Positions 9,315-19,808 are shown, counted from the stretch's first letter. The stretch is 64,000 nt of DNA from Ferroacidibacillus organovorans (GCF_001642725.1 NZ_LSUQ01000009.1:1-64000), one strand, 5' to 3'. The notes: generated by a model from the sequence alone, not told the origin. Program-made: numbers and translations.

Positions 9315-10091
9315 TCAATCCATGTCTGTCCTGCGAGATGCGACCTGATACGATTCACTCCCATTGACCCTCTCACTCAAATCAAAATTTGCTCGACGGG
9401 ATTTTGGACTCGTGAACGTTCCGAAGCGTGACCGATACTGAATTGGAGCCCTGCTTGGATAGCGAATCGGCGCGCTCCACACGTGAACCAGACGGGTAAA
9501 CGGCGAGACAGCAAACAAGGCAAAGCTGAGTATAATGTGAATCTGCAGCAGCAGAGGGACATGCGTCATGAGCTGCATGTCGGGATGAAAAAAGATCAGC
9601 CCTCGAATCCATGGACCAACCGTCAAGCGATACTCGTAGGGACCAAAGACATTGTTGGAAATCACCGTTTGCGAAGCGCCAAGAGCGATCACCAGAAACA
9701 ATAGACCGAGAGCTACGAAATCAGAAGGCGTAGAATTGCGACGAACGCGCGGATTGACAATCCGCCGCATGATCAAGATGAATCATCCCATCGTGGCTGC
9801 AAGGCCAGCCATTCCACCGACGATATCTGCCATCAGGTGATACGCTTCTGTTGAAACGCCAAGTGCCTGATAAACCCCAATGGGGATAAGCAGCCCCATC
9901 ACATGTCCGCCAATGACAAACAGCATTCCCCAGTGAAACATGAGACTTCCAGGGCGAAGCCACCGCTTCTCGAGAATCTCGCTCGACTTAGAGCCCCAAC
10001 TGCGTTGACTGAATACGTACCGGTACAATGTACCCACGACGAGTATCGTAAGTGTCACGTATGGATAAATCAACCACCAAAATTGAGTCAT
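9315..10091 (-). pseudogene. narI: Respiratory nitrate reductase gamma subunit with one in-frame TGA
   Basis: MTQFWWLIYPY...FHWGMLFVIGGH...GLAATMG*FILIMRR...LQIHIIL...PFTRLVHVWS; stop at 9785-9783 and the frame continues unchanged. Confidence 0.85.
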
Positions 10092-10131
10092 TGCTGTTTC
10101 CCTCCTTCGCTCTCCGTCGTCGATCGATCTG

Positions 10132-10722
10132 TCAATCGTAACCCAATGGGTATGGCAGATTGTCCAAATCTGTCTCCACGACAGGTTTTGAACGGTTTGA
10201 ACCCGAGTCATCCTGCAATGAAATTAGGACATTTGGCAAACAATCACGAATTAGCTCAAACAATTTTCGGTATGGGTGCTTTTCGTCGAGTTGCTCGTAA
10301 ATCGTCTGGCAGACAACAGCGAGTCTTGATTCCAGATCATCCGTCGGCATTCCAATCGGTTTTTCTGCAATAAACTCCAAAAGAAGTGGCAGATAATCAG
10401 GCAATTCTCCCTCGAGTGGCTCAAATGCCGCACTTTGGAGGAGTGCCTGTAGCCGAAGCAGAGCATCCCCCCGCTCTCTGCTATCGCCAAGTTCATGAGC
10501 CGTGAGATACAGTGCAGTGGATTCTTGCATATCAAACGTAGCAACGTAACAACGGAGCAGTTCTGAAGTCGGTACCCGCGCGAGCGCATCCACAGCTGCC
10601 AGCACCCGGTCATCCTCTGTTTCTTTGCAAGAAGTGTCAATCTCTTCAATAAACTCCGAAAAATACTTCTCCGGGTATGCTAAAAGGACAGAGGCGATTT
10701 TCAGTCGCTCTTGCAGCGTCAT
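10132..10722 (-). CDS. narJ: Nitrate reductase molybdenum cofactor assembly chaperone
   Basis: 'YVATFD', 'GDSRERG', 'ELPDYLPLLLEF'; position between narH and narI. Confidence 0.93.
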   Translation of the reverse strand: MTLQERLKIASVLLAYPEKYFSEFIEEIDTSCKETEDDRVLAAVDALARVPTSELLRCYVATFDMQESTALYLTAHELGDSRERGDALLRLQALLQSAAFEPLEGELPDYLPLLLEFIAEKPIGMPTDDLESRLAVVCQTIYEQLDEKHPYRKLFELIRDCLPNVLISLQDDSGSNRSKPVVETDLDNLPYPLGYD

Positions 10723-10735
10723 CTTTGCATCCCCC

Positions 10736-12214
10736 TCACCGTTTCATTGGCGCCAAAACGCCTTCCGGCGGCGCTATTCCTTCAAGGCTGCATGCACCTT
10801 GCGCATAAGCGAGGTCTGGGTTTGTCTCGCGCTCGGCGGTTGGAATGACAAAGCGTTCGTCGTACTTCGCCACGCCAAACAAACGGGCCATCGCCATCAC
10901 TTGATCCGCTGTCAGACCTGACTCTTTGAGCAGTTTCTCACCGTCCATATCCCCGACCCGTGATGCGCGCATAAAGGCACGCATTGCCGTAAGGCGAATC
11001 AGCGCTCGGCGTATGACATCCGTATCGCCTGCAGACAAGATGGACGCGAGATACTCAACAGGGATTCGCATATCGTCTACCACCGTGAGATAGGCATTGG
11101 CAGACATGGAATCCTCGTTCTGTACGTGGGTCATCATCGGACTCAGCGGCGGTACATACCAGACCATCGGCATGGTGCGGTATTCCGGATGAAGCGGCAA
11201 TGCAACCTTCCATTCAACGGCCATCTTGTAGACCGGTGAATTCTGCGCCGCTTCAATCCAAGCCTCATTGATGCCCGCTTCACGAGCAGCCACAATGACA
11301 GCCGGATCGTACGGATCAAGAAATGCATCCAATTGCGCTGGATACAGATCTTTCTCGTTCTTCACTGAAGCAGCCTCACGAATCTTGTCCGCATCGTAAA
11401 ACATCACACCGAGATAGCGAATGCGCCCTACACAGGTTTCCGAGCACACCGTCGGCAGACCTGCTTCAATGCGCGGATAACAGAAGTGGCACTTTTCTGC
11501 TTTGTGGGTGTTCCAGTTAAAATAGACTTTTTTGTATGGGCATGCACTGACACAAAAACGCCACCCGCGGCAGGCATCCTGGTCAACAAGCACAATTCCG
11601 TCTTCATCGCGCTTGTAAATGGCGCCAGAAGGACACGCTGCGACGCAGGCTGGATTCAAACAATGTTCACAGATGCGGGGCAAGTACATCATAAACGTCT
11701 GTTGATAAGTAAACGCCACATGCTCCTCAATCTCGCGCAAGTTTGGATCAAGGCTCGCGATTTCAGATCCACCTGCTAAATCGTCATCAAAGTTTGGACC
11801 CCACACAGGACGATCGATAAACTGGCCTGTCAGGAGAGAGCGCGGACGGGCTGTAGGTTGATGTTTTTTCTTGGGGCTGTCTGTCAGATTTTCATAATCA
11901 TAAGTCCAAGGTTCGTAGTAATCGTCTAGGGTAGGCTGATCCGGATTGTGGAAAATATTGGCTAGTTTTGCAATCGCACCGCCGGCTCGCAAACGCAGCT
12001 TTCCATCCTTCATTGTCCATCCGCCGCGAAATTTGTCTTGGTCTTCCCAGCGCTTGGGGTAGCCAGGCCCCGGACGTGTTTCCACATTGTTAAACCAAGC
12101 GTACTCTACCCCTGGACGGTTGGTCCAAGTATTTTTGCAGGTCACACTGCAGGTGTGGCAGCCAATGCACTTGTCAAGATTCATCACCATGGCAACTTGC
12201 GCTTTAATCCTCAA
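10736..12214 (-). CDS. narH: Respiratory nitrate reductase beta subunit
   Basis: 'MVMNLDKCIGCHTCSVTCK', 'CEHCLNPACVAACP', 'CRGWRFCVSACPY'. Confidence 0.98.
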   Translation of the reverse strand: MRIKAQVAMVMNLDKCIGCHTCSVTCKNTWTNRPGVEYAWFNNVETRPGPGYPKRWEDQDKFRGGWTMKDGKLRLRAGGAIAKLANIFHNPDQPTLDDYYEPWTYDYENLTDSPKKKHQPTARPRSLLTGQFIDRPVWGPNFDDDLAGGSEIASLDPNLREIEEHVAFTYQQTFMMYLPRICEHCLNPACVAACPSGAIYKRDEDGIVLVDQDACRGWRFCVSACPYKKVYFNWNTHKAEKCHFCYPRIEAGLPTVCSETCVGRIRYLGVMFYDADKIREAASVKNEKDLYPAQLDAFLDPYDPAVIVAAREAGINEAWIEAAQNSPVYKMAVEWKVALPLHPEYRTMPMVWYVPPLSPMMTHVQNEDSMSANAYLTVVDDMRIPVEYLASILSAGDTDVIRRALIRLTAMRAFMRASRVGDMDGEKLLKESGLTADQVMAMARLFGVAKYDERFVIPTAERETNPDLAYAQGACSLEGIAPPEGVLAPMKR

Positions 12215-15200
12215 GCCAGTTCACCTCTTTAAGCGGACGAATGACTGTCATGACGTCCCGCTGATGTCCCGTTGGACCGTAGTAATTGAATCCATAGCTG
12301 AGTTGTGCGTAACCGCCGATCATGTGCGTCGGCTTCGGAATGATACGCGTTACACTGTTGTGCGTCCCGCCTCTGTCACCCGTGATGGTGCTGCCTGGAA
12401 CGCCTATGGTTCGATCTTGCGCATGATACATCATGGCGATGCCAGGCGGCAGCCGATACGTCACAACCGCGCGGCAAGCGATGGCGCCATTACGGTTGTA
12501 CACTTCAACCCATGCGTTGTCCTTGATGCCGATTTTTTTTGCATCTTCTTCACTCATCCAGATGGTCTGCCCACCGCGAAAAAGCGTCAGCATCCGATGA
12601 TTATCTGAGTAGGTGGAATGAATGCCCCATTTCTGATGGGGCGTAAGATAACGAACCATGACCGTCTGACCATTTTGATCATCCACCGGTGCGTCTCCAT
12701 CCTGAAATGGCAGAATGCCAAGCGGCGGACGATAGAGCGGCAACCCTTCACCAAAATCAAGCATCACTTCATGATCAAGATAGAAATGCTGGCGACCCGT
12801 CAATGTATGCCATGGTATTCGATATTCCACATTCGACGTAAAGGGCGAGTAGCGGCGGCCTTCTCCTTCAAGTCCACTCCAGACGGGCGTTGCCAGCGAG
12901 AGCCTCGGCTGTGCCGTGAGATCCTCAAAGGTGTATGCCGTCTCACGATGACCCGCTGCAACATCTTTTACATCAAGGCCTGTAAATTTGCTCAGGGCTT
13001 CCCATTCTTCAACGGCGCGATGGCCGTTCGTCGCGCCTGAGAGGGTGAGAATGGCTTCTGCAACCTGACGTTCTGTGCGGATAAGGGGGCGGCCAAACCC
13101 TGGACCTTCCGTTTTGGAAACACCTACCCGCTTTGTGAGCTCTGCATAGGCGTGTTCACCGGAGATCGCAATTCCTTTGGCCCCATAGCTTTTCTCTGAG
13201 AGCGGGCCCATCGTCGTCATCATGTCGATCACATGCGGATAATCCCGATGGACAAGCACAAATTTTGGCATCGTCTTCCCAGGAATCGCTTCGACTTCCC
13301 CCTTGCGCCAGTCGCGCACTTTTCCGCCCACTTGCGACAGCTCATCAAGAGAGTCATGATTGAGCGGAGCCATCACCAGGTCGTCTTGCGCCGGTAAGTG
13401 GTCTTTAGCGAGTCGGGAAAACGTCTCAGCGATACTTCGGAACGCTACCCAATCTGTGCGCGTCTCCCAGGGCGGAGAAATTGCCGGATTGAACGGGTGA
13501 ATGAATGGGTGCATATCCGTGCTGCTCAGATCATGCTTCTCGTACCAGGTTGCGGCAGGTAGAACAATATCCGAGTAAAGACCCGTTCCCGTCATCCGAA
13601 AATCGATATCGATGAGCAGGTCTACCTTTCCTTTCGGTGCTTGATCTGTCATACGGATATCCTGCGGTTGCCAATTCGCTTCCTCCCCAAGTACATGACC
13701 ATCTGTCCCCAGAAGATGCTTTAGAAAATACTCATGGCCTTTTGAGCTTGAACCAAGCAGGTTCGAACGCCAGACAAAGAATACACGCGGAAAATTCCGC
13801 GGATTGTCTGGATCTTCAATCGCAAAATCAATTTCGCCGTTGGCAACCTTCTTGCCGACATGCGCCGCAATCTCTTCGGCCGTTTGTGCACCAGCAGTCT
13901 TTGCGTCACGAACCACCTCGAGGGAGTTCTGTGTCCACTGAGGGAAGGAGGGCAACCAACCAAGCCTCGCTGCCAAGACATTCATATCTGCTGGATGCAT
14001 ATTCTGAAAACGGCCGCCAAGAGGCGATCCAAGGGTCTTTGTCTCCAACTCTTCATAGCGAAACTGGTCGGTGGTGAAATAAAAGAAAGAGGTTCCGTTT
14101 TGCTGACGCGGCGGTCGATTCCAGTCTGTTGCAAACGCAATCGTTGACCAACCTTCGAGCGGGCGAACCTTTTCCTGTCCCACATAGTGCGCCCATCCAC
14201 CCCCGTTCACGCCTTGGCAACCCGTGAGCAGCACCAGGTTAATAATCGACCGATAAATCATGTCACTGTGATACCAGTGGTTGGTTCCTGCGCCAAGCGC
14301 GATCATTGACTTCCCATGCGTGCGCTCCGCGTTGTCTGCAAACTCGCGCGCCACCTGAAGAACCAGGTTTCGATCCACACCGGTAATCGCTTCCTGCCAG
14401 GCAGGTGTGTACGGCAACGGGTCGTCGTAAGATGCCGGATAGTCACCCAACAATCCGCGGCGGACACCGACATGCGCCATCATCAAGTCAAAAATGGTGG
14501 TAACCCAGATGTCTTCCCCCTTTCGGTTGACGAGTTTCTTGGCAGGCACGCCTCGCTCCAACACTCGAGCTCTTGTATCCTCAAAACACGGAAATTGAAC
14601 CATCAACGTATCATCGGCGTCACTCAGGAAGCTCAGTTGCGGCGAGATGGGCGATCCATGAATGGTTTCCATGCGAAGATTCCACTGATCAGAATTGTCA
14701 TAGCGAAAGCCGATGCTGCCTTTTGGAACGACCGGCTGATTCGTCAGCTCATCCCACAGCACGGTTTTCCAGTCCCCTTGCCGCTCCTCGCTCTCCAACC
14801 CCACTTCTGAGGCTCGCAAAAACGCGCCGGAAACAAACGCGCCATTTCTCTTTTCTAGCGTCACCAAGAACGGCAAATCGGTGTTTTGTTTGACATAGGC
14901 ATCGAAGTATTCTGTTTTTTTATCAACGTAGAATTCCTGCAAGATGACTTGCGTCATGGCCATCGCGAGAGCCGCGTCCGTACCCGCTTTGGCAGGAAGC
15001 CACTGATCTGCAAACTTTACGTATTCGGCATAATCCGGGCTGACACCGACTACCTTTGTCCCGTTATAGCGAGCCTCCACCATGAAGTGTGCATCTGGCG
15101 TGCGCGTCATTGGGAGGTTGGTGCCCCAAATGATGAAGTAAGATGAGTTATACCAATCCGCACTCTCCGGCACGTCGGTTTGATCCCCCCAGATCTGCGG

Positions 15201-15893
15201 AGATGCCGGTGGAAGATCCGCATACCAGTCATAAAAACTAAGAATCGTACCTCCAATCAGGGATAGAAACCGTGATCCACCCGCATAACTCACTTGCGAC
15301 ATTGCGGGTATCGGGCTAAAGCCTGTGACCCGATCAGGCCCGTACTCTTTAATCGTATCAATCGAAGCCGCCGCAATCATTTCCGTGACTTCTTCCCACG
15401 AAGAGCGCACAAGCCCCCCCTTGCCGCGCGCCTGTTGGTATGCGGCACGCTTTACTGGATCGTTTACGATAGCACGCCAAGCGCTGATCGGATCACGTCC
15501 AGTCCCTCGCTCTTGTCGCCACAAATCAAGCAAATCCCCTCTTACATAAGGGTACTTAACTCGAAGTGGGCTGTATTCATACCAGGAAAAACTTGCGCCA
15601 CGGGGACACCCGCGAGGTTCGTATTCCGGCACATCGGGGCCCAAGGATGGGTAGTCTGTTTGCTGCGTTTCAAACGCGATGATGCCATCCTTCACATGAA
15701 TCTTCCAACTGCAACTCCCTGTACAATTCACCCCGTGCGTTGAGCGGACGACTTTGTCAAAACGCCAACGGTTACGGTATAGATCCTCCCAGTCACGAGA
15801 GCGAGGACTATGTTCCGACCAATTTTGATTGAATCGCTCGCCTCGTCGCAGGTGATTCAAGCCCTGAAGGAGTGATTTCTTTGATTTCGGCAC
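12204..15893 (-). CDS. narG: Respiratory nitrate reductase alpha subunit
   Basis: 'RSTHGVNCTGSCSW', 'SFYDWYADLP', 'TPHQKWGIHS', 'GGYAQLSYGFNYYG'; GTG 15893 has an AAGGA RBS. Confidence 0.98.
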   Translation of the reverse strand: MPKSKKSLLQGLNHLRRGERFNQNWSEHSPRSRDWEDLYRNRWRFDKVVRSTHGVNCTGSCSWKIHVKDGIIAFETQQTDYPSLGPDVPEYEPRGCPRGASFSWYEYSPLRVKYPYVRGDLLDLWRQERGTGRDPISAWRAIVNDPVKRAAYQQARGKGGLVRSSWEEVTEMIAAASIDTIKEYGPDRVTGFSPIPAMSQVSYAGGSRFLSLIGGTILSFYDWYADLPPASPQIWGDQTDVPESADWYNSSYFIIWGTNLPMTRTPDAHFMVEARYNGTKVVGVSPDYAEYVKFADQWLPAKAGTDAALAMAMTQVILQEFYVDKKTEYFDAYVKQNTDLPFLVTLEKRNGAFVSGAFLRASEVGLESEERQGDWKTVLWDELTNQPVVPKGSIGFRYDNSDQWNLRMETIHGSPISPQLSFLSDADDTLMVQFPCFEDTRARVLERGVPAKKLVNRKGEDIWVTTIFDLMMAHVGVRRGLLGDYPASYDDPLPYTPAWQEAITGVDRNLVLQVAREFADNAERTHGKSMIALGAGTNHWYHSDMIYRSIINLVLLTGCQGVNGGGWAHYVGQEKVRPLEGWSTIAFATDWNRPPRQQNGTSFFYFTTDQFRYEELETKTLGSPLGGRFQNMHPADMNVLAARLGWLPSFPQWTQNSLEVVRDAKTAGAQTAEEIAAHVGKKVANGEIDFAIEDPDNPRNFPRVFFVWRSNLLGSSSKGHEYFLKHLLGTDGHVLGEEANWQPQDIRMTDQAPKGKVDLLIDIDFRMTGTGLYSDIVLPAATWYEKHDLSSTDMHPFIHPFNPAISPPWETRTDWVAFRSIAETFSRLAKDHLPAQDDLVMAPLNHDSLDELSQVGGKVRDWRKGEVEAIPGKTMPKFVLVHRDYPHVIDMMTTMGPLSEKSYGAKGIAISGEHAYAELTKRVGVSKTEGPGFGRPLIRTERQVAEAILTLSGATNGHRAVEEWEALSKFTGLDVKDVAAGHRETAYTFEDLTAQPRLSLATPVWSGLEGEGRRYSPFTSNVEYRIPWHTLTGRQHFYLDHEVMLDFGEGLPLYRPPLGILPFQDGDAPVDDQNGQTVMVRYLTPHQKWGIHSTYSDNHRMLTLFRGGQTIWMSEEDAKKIGIKDNAWVEVYNRNGAIACRAVVTYRLPPGIAMMYHAQDRTIGVPGSTITGDRGGTHNSVTRIIPKPTHMIGGYAQLSYGFNYYGPTGHQRDVMTVIRPLKEVNWLED

Positions 15894-16003
15894 AAGCGTC
15901 ATTCCTTTCGCATTTGCGTCAAGCGACTGACGCTTTGTCAGCGACAGCAATTCATAGCATCCAATCAACCAGGAACTCGTTGTGGCTTAAATGGTTTACA
16001 AAA

Positions 16004-16279
16004 TCACTTAAAAGGCTGGTACTGTGTACCCACGATTCGAAATGCGGATTCACTCCCCTCAAGTTCCATGATGAAGGTCTTCCAATTCGGCACATTGGCG
16101 GCGACCAGAACCAGACGTTCGAGGGCGTTTGCATCTGTGATGCGTTCAATCTGCCCTGTGATTTCTTGCGGAACTGTGCCGAATCGAAGGTTCAGCAAAC
16201 CAATGAGATCATCTTTGTCTGTCGCCAAAGCATCTTGCTTCCACTGATCTTGAATCTTGTCCCAGTCCACTTCGACCAC
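16004..16279 (-). CDS. Small hypothetical protein resembling the Rpn/DUF4351 C-terminal helical domain
   Basis: 'LLNLRFGTVPQEITGQIERITDANALERL'; co-oriented between hemerythrin and narG. Confidence 0.65.
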   Translation of the reverse strand: MVEVDWDKIQDQWKQDALATDKDDLIGLLNLRFGTVPQEITGQIERITDANALERLVLVAANVPNWKTFIMELEGSESAFRIVGTQYQPFK

Positions 16280-16326
16280 CCCTTTTCTACGATGTGCATG
16301 CTGCCACCTGCTCTGTGATGCATAAC

Positions 16327-16770
16327 CTATCGTCGTTTGGCGTGATCGTTCGTCTCTATATCAAGCAGCCACTTCTCCTCGTCACGACTGTGTTTTTCAA
16401 CGAGCCAAAGAAGCATTTGGAATCGATCAAGTATTGCAGGAATTGTACCTTGATTGACCAAAAGTTCCTCCGCCTCCGCCACAAGTTGCCGCATAACATT
16501 GTGATCTCGCGTAAGAAAAAGGATCTTATCCGCGTGTTCCGGGTGCTCCATCGCAACTTCTTTATAGAAACCTTCCTCTTCCTCCGTCGCATGGCAAAGT
16601 GTTCGCGTTTGCCAATGCTCAATAATCAATCTCGCCGTCGAGATCACCGCTTGCTCTTTGCCTGCGTCCGCAAACGCTTTGGCGATATGAGTTAACTCTT
16701 CCGCCTCACCATAAGCCGCTTCATGAATGGAACGGTGCGATTGAAGCTGTTGCAATGCCGGTCCTGACAT
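16327..16770 (-). CDS. Hemerythrin/HHE cation-binding domain protein
   Basis: 'HRSIHE', 'HATEEEEGFY', 'LTRDH', 'HSRDEE'; GGAGG RBS. Confidence 0.85.
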   Translation of the reverse strand: MSGPALQQLQSHRSIHEAAYGEAEELTHIAKAFADAGKEQAVISTARLIIEHWQTRTLCHATEEEEGFYKEVAMEHPEHADKILFLTRDHNVMRQLVAEAEELLVNQGTIPAILDRFQMLLWLVEKHSRDEEKWLLDIETNDHAKRR

Positions 16771-16936
16771 ATGCGGCGACCTCCTGTATGCGAATGCACG
16801 CAATCACTGACGACCAAGGATCTCTGGCGAATTTCGCCTTTTCATATTTCGATGTTGAACCACTTGTTACTTCCATCATGCAGGCAAACGGCAGATATGC
16901 ATCAGACCAAACCTGACTATCCTATTGACACCATCT

Positions 16937-16981
16937 TTCCTAGTCCATTTGGTCTACTTTTTTGGAAAAATGGACTAGGAA
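16937..16981. repeat. Perfect 14-bp inverted repeat with 17-nt spacer
   Basis: TTCCTAGTCCATTT...AAATGGACTAGGAA. Confidence 0.8.
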
Positions 16982-17368
16982 CAGTCTACCCATCAGGGTT
17001 GATGGATTCGCAAGCATCTCAAAGCTGAATGCCGCAATCATCTCGGCGAATTGGTAAATAGAGGTTCATCAACGCCAATCGTTTCGCATCCAGAGCGTTC
17101 GGGTTCATCCCATGAGCGCTCCATGACCATCGTCGTGAGATTATTTTTGTTATCACTTTTAACCCTTGACTCTCCCGTCGGGCGAGACAAGAACCTGAAA
17201 TTGAATGAAGGCACCCTTTCAAGTACAAGAATTGATGCTTGAAGGATTGCGTTGGCGATTGAAACAATCAGGTCATTAATTTCCAAGATTCAACCTTGCA
17301 TAGGGTGAGCATTAAATAGAAATTCAAGGACATGACGTCGCCCAATTTGAATTTCTACTTCCTTATGA

Positions 17369-19585
17369 CTATTGGATATTCTGAAAAACGCTCGATTTGC
17401 TGAAAAGAATTCCGACTGGACATTTGACCGTCCGAACAATTCGATCTACAGTGTGTCCGCAATAGAGGTCTCCACCTGCTGGTCGCCGCTCGGCATTGAG
17501 CAAAATAATATCCTGTTGAGATGCATTAGAAAATTCCACAATTTCATGACCGACATTTCCACCCGTGCCTGTTTTGACAATTCCGTTTACAGGTACATTC
17601 GACGCTTCACCCAAACGAGTAACTTCCGAAATTGCATGCCAACCCATGTTTTCAGCGGATTCCATCGCCTGCATGTCAAGTGATTCACTGCTAAACAATG
17701 CTTTTAATGGATTGGTTTCAACCACGTATATCGCGGTTATCTCAGCGTTGTGCGCCTTGGCAAGCGCGACTGCAAATTCCGCAGTTCGCAAGTCATTTGT
17801 GGTGCCTGTCGTTGGCAAGAGAATGCGTTTCAGAAGAGAAATACTTTCTAGCCGCCACGGCGCGTACAGAACGAATACGTTACAAGGGGATTCCATTACA
17901 ACATAATCAACCACATGCCCAAACAAGCTCGATCCACTCTTGTTTCTGCTGGCTCCAACCACAAGCAAATCATAACCCCGCTCACTTTCTGAGAGAATGA
18001 CATTGGCAGTGTGTTCATCCTGTTTAAGCTTCCGTGTCTTTTGTTCCCATTCGACATTTTTAATAGAGGAGAGTGATTTTGCAAGCACAAGTTCATTGAG
18101 TTTCTCATTTTCATGAAAGTTATCTTCACGATTGATCCGTCCTGATTCCGGCAGTCCATCGGTCGTCACATGCAAAAGCGTTGCCTCAATTGAACGTTGG
18201 CCGGACAAATGTTGAATAATATTGGCTGCCAATAAGGCTATCCTTCCATCCCGGACGGGGACAAGCATGCGTTTCAGACCATAGAGAAAACTTTTTTCTT
18301 CGAGCGATTGGCGCTGTAGTCGCTCTGCTTCTTCCGGATCAGGAGCCACGTGACGAAGCGCCCACCGCAACAATGGCGGTGCCATCATGGAAGTGGCGAT
18401 CGCCATAATGACAATAATCGTATACATGGACGTGGTTAAAACGCCGATTTGCAAGCCAAGTGTGGCTATGATAATTTCCACGGCTCCCCGGGCGTTCATA
18501 CCTGAACCAAGGCTAATTGCAGTCCAATGATTTAAACGCGCTAGACGGGCACCTGCATAAGTGCCTACAAGTTTCGCCAGAGAAGCAGTAACGATCACAA
18601 GCAGTAAAACGAGTAGCAACTCAGGTTTTAAGATTTGTAAAATGTTCACTTTGAGCCCAGCCGTTGCAAAAAAAATGGGCGCAAATATTGCCAATGTCAT
18701 ACCTTCAAGTTTGATACGTGTCGCGCGTGTGATACGCGGAACGCGCGCCATTTGGATGCCAACCAGAAACGAACCGAGAAACGCTTCAACATGGAGGGCT
18801 TCTGTAACAGCACCGCCTGCAAGTCCCAACACAACGACCAACGTAAAGACCGGACTTTCACCGCCAAATTGATTATCCACCCATTTTGTCAATGCCCGAA
18901 TCATCCGGTAACCAATGGTGAAACAAAAGACTGCAAACGCCAGAGTGCCGAAGATGGAAATCATCAAGGAATTAATTTGGAGATTTTGGGAGGTTGCCAT
19001 GCCAGAAACAAAAGCGAGCAAAAACCAGCCAATGGTGTCATTGATAATGCCTGATGCCAGGATCAACTGCCCAATATCCCTTTTCATCAAGTTCATATCC
19101 AACAAGATTTTTACAATCACAGGAATTGCCGATATGGACATGGCAGTAGCAACGAACAACATGAAAATTTGCCTTGCTCCGGGATGTGCAATCAGTGCGG
19201 CAGGCAGGAGGCTTGCTAAGCAATAACCTGCCAAAAAAGGAGTAATAATGCTTCCGATTGAGATGGTGAGAGCTGGTTTTAATTTGCGCTTAACCACTTC
19301 GAGATTTGTTTCGAGCCCACTTAAAAGCAACAAAAAAATGACGCCAATCTGGGCGATGAGCTGGAGTAATAGTCCTTGAGCCCCTTTTGAGGGAAATAAG
19401 TTGGCAAACAGACTAGGTGAGATAGCGCCAAACAAGGATGGTCCTATAAGCACACCAGCGAGTAGTTCACCGATTACTTGAGGCTGATTTAACCGCCGGG
19501 CCAGTTCTCCTAAGACACGCGCGCAGACAAGCAATACTAGAAATTCGAGTAAAAATCGCAATACTTCGAGTGCAGTCAGAGACAC
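17369..19585 (-). CDS. CPA2-type cation:proton antiporter with two C-terminal universal stress protein (USP) domains
   Basis: 'QPQVIGELLAGVLIGPS', 'SISAIPVIVKIL', 'NDTIGW', 'MNARGAVEII', then two USP folds; GAGGAGG before GTG 19585. Confidence 0.9.
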   Translation of the reverse strand: MSLTALEVLRFLLEFLVLLVCARVLGELARRLNQPQVIGELLAGVLIGPSLFGAISPSLFANLFPSKGAQGLLLQLIAQIGVIFLLLLSGLETNLEVVKRKLKPALTISIGSIITPFLAGYCLASLLPAALIAHPGARQIFMLFVATAMSISAIPVIVKILLDMNLMKRDIGQLILASGIINDTIGWFLLAFVSGMATSQNLQINSLMISIFGTLAFAVFCFTIGYRMIRALTKWVDNQFGGESPVFTLVVVLGLAGGAVTEALHVEAFLGSFLVGIQMARVPRITRATRIKLEGMTLAIFAPIFFATAGLKVNILQILKPELLLVLLLVIVTASLAKLVGTYAGARLARLNHWTAISLGSGMNARGAVEIIIATLGLQIGVLTTSMYTIIVIMAIATSMMAPPLLRWALRHVAPDPEEAERLQRQSLEEKSFLYGLKRMLVPVRDGRIALLAANIIQHLSGQRSIEATLLHVTTDGLPESGRINREDNFHENEKLNELVLAKSLSSIKNVEWEQKTRKLKQDEHTANVILSESERGYDLLVVGASRNKSGSSLFGHVVDYVVMESPCNVFVLYAPWRLESISLLKRILLPTTGTTNDLRTAEFAVALAKAHNAEITAIYVVETNPLKALFSSESLDMQAMESAENMGWHAISEVTRLGEASNVPVNGIVKTGTGGNVGHEIVEFSNASQQDIILLNAERRPAGGDLYCGHTVDRIVRTVKCPVGILFSKSSVFQNIQ

Positions 19586-19687
19586 GTCTATTTCCTCCTC
19601 TTTGGAGCCAATATCGCATCCCCTCAACGTCTTGAAGACAGTGAACATGGGAGAAATAAGCATACAAAAATTTGCATGCTGAAATCA

Positions 19688-19808
19688 TGTCCAACGCTTA
19701 CGAGGTTAGCTGACGGGCTCGGAGAGAACAGTACCCCTACCTGAAGTTCAGGATTAGCCCCAAAAATTGGTTCCCCCGTTCACCAGTTCACGGCGACTCA
19801 GCGACAGG
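19688..19808 (-). ncRNA. c-di-AMP riboswitch (ydaO/yuaA)
   Basis: Minus strand CGCTGAGTC...CGGGGGAACCA..TTTTTGGGGCTAATC...GTAGGG...CCGAGCCCGTCAGCTAACCTCGTAAGCG matches the family pattern; upstream of an ion transporter. Confidence 0.92.

Noticed and set aside
9783..9785. Selenocysteine recoding of the narI TGA
   Set aside because: The position is in a hydrophobic TM helix, not a Cys site; no SECIS-like hairpin was evident and no sel genes are in the window
16780..17020. Fnr box upstream of the nar genes
   Set aside because: No convincing TGTGA-N6-TCACA match found by eye
17019..17286. Two 82-aa minus-strand ORFs
   Set aside because: No RBS and no protein-family features
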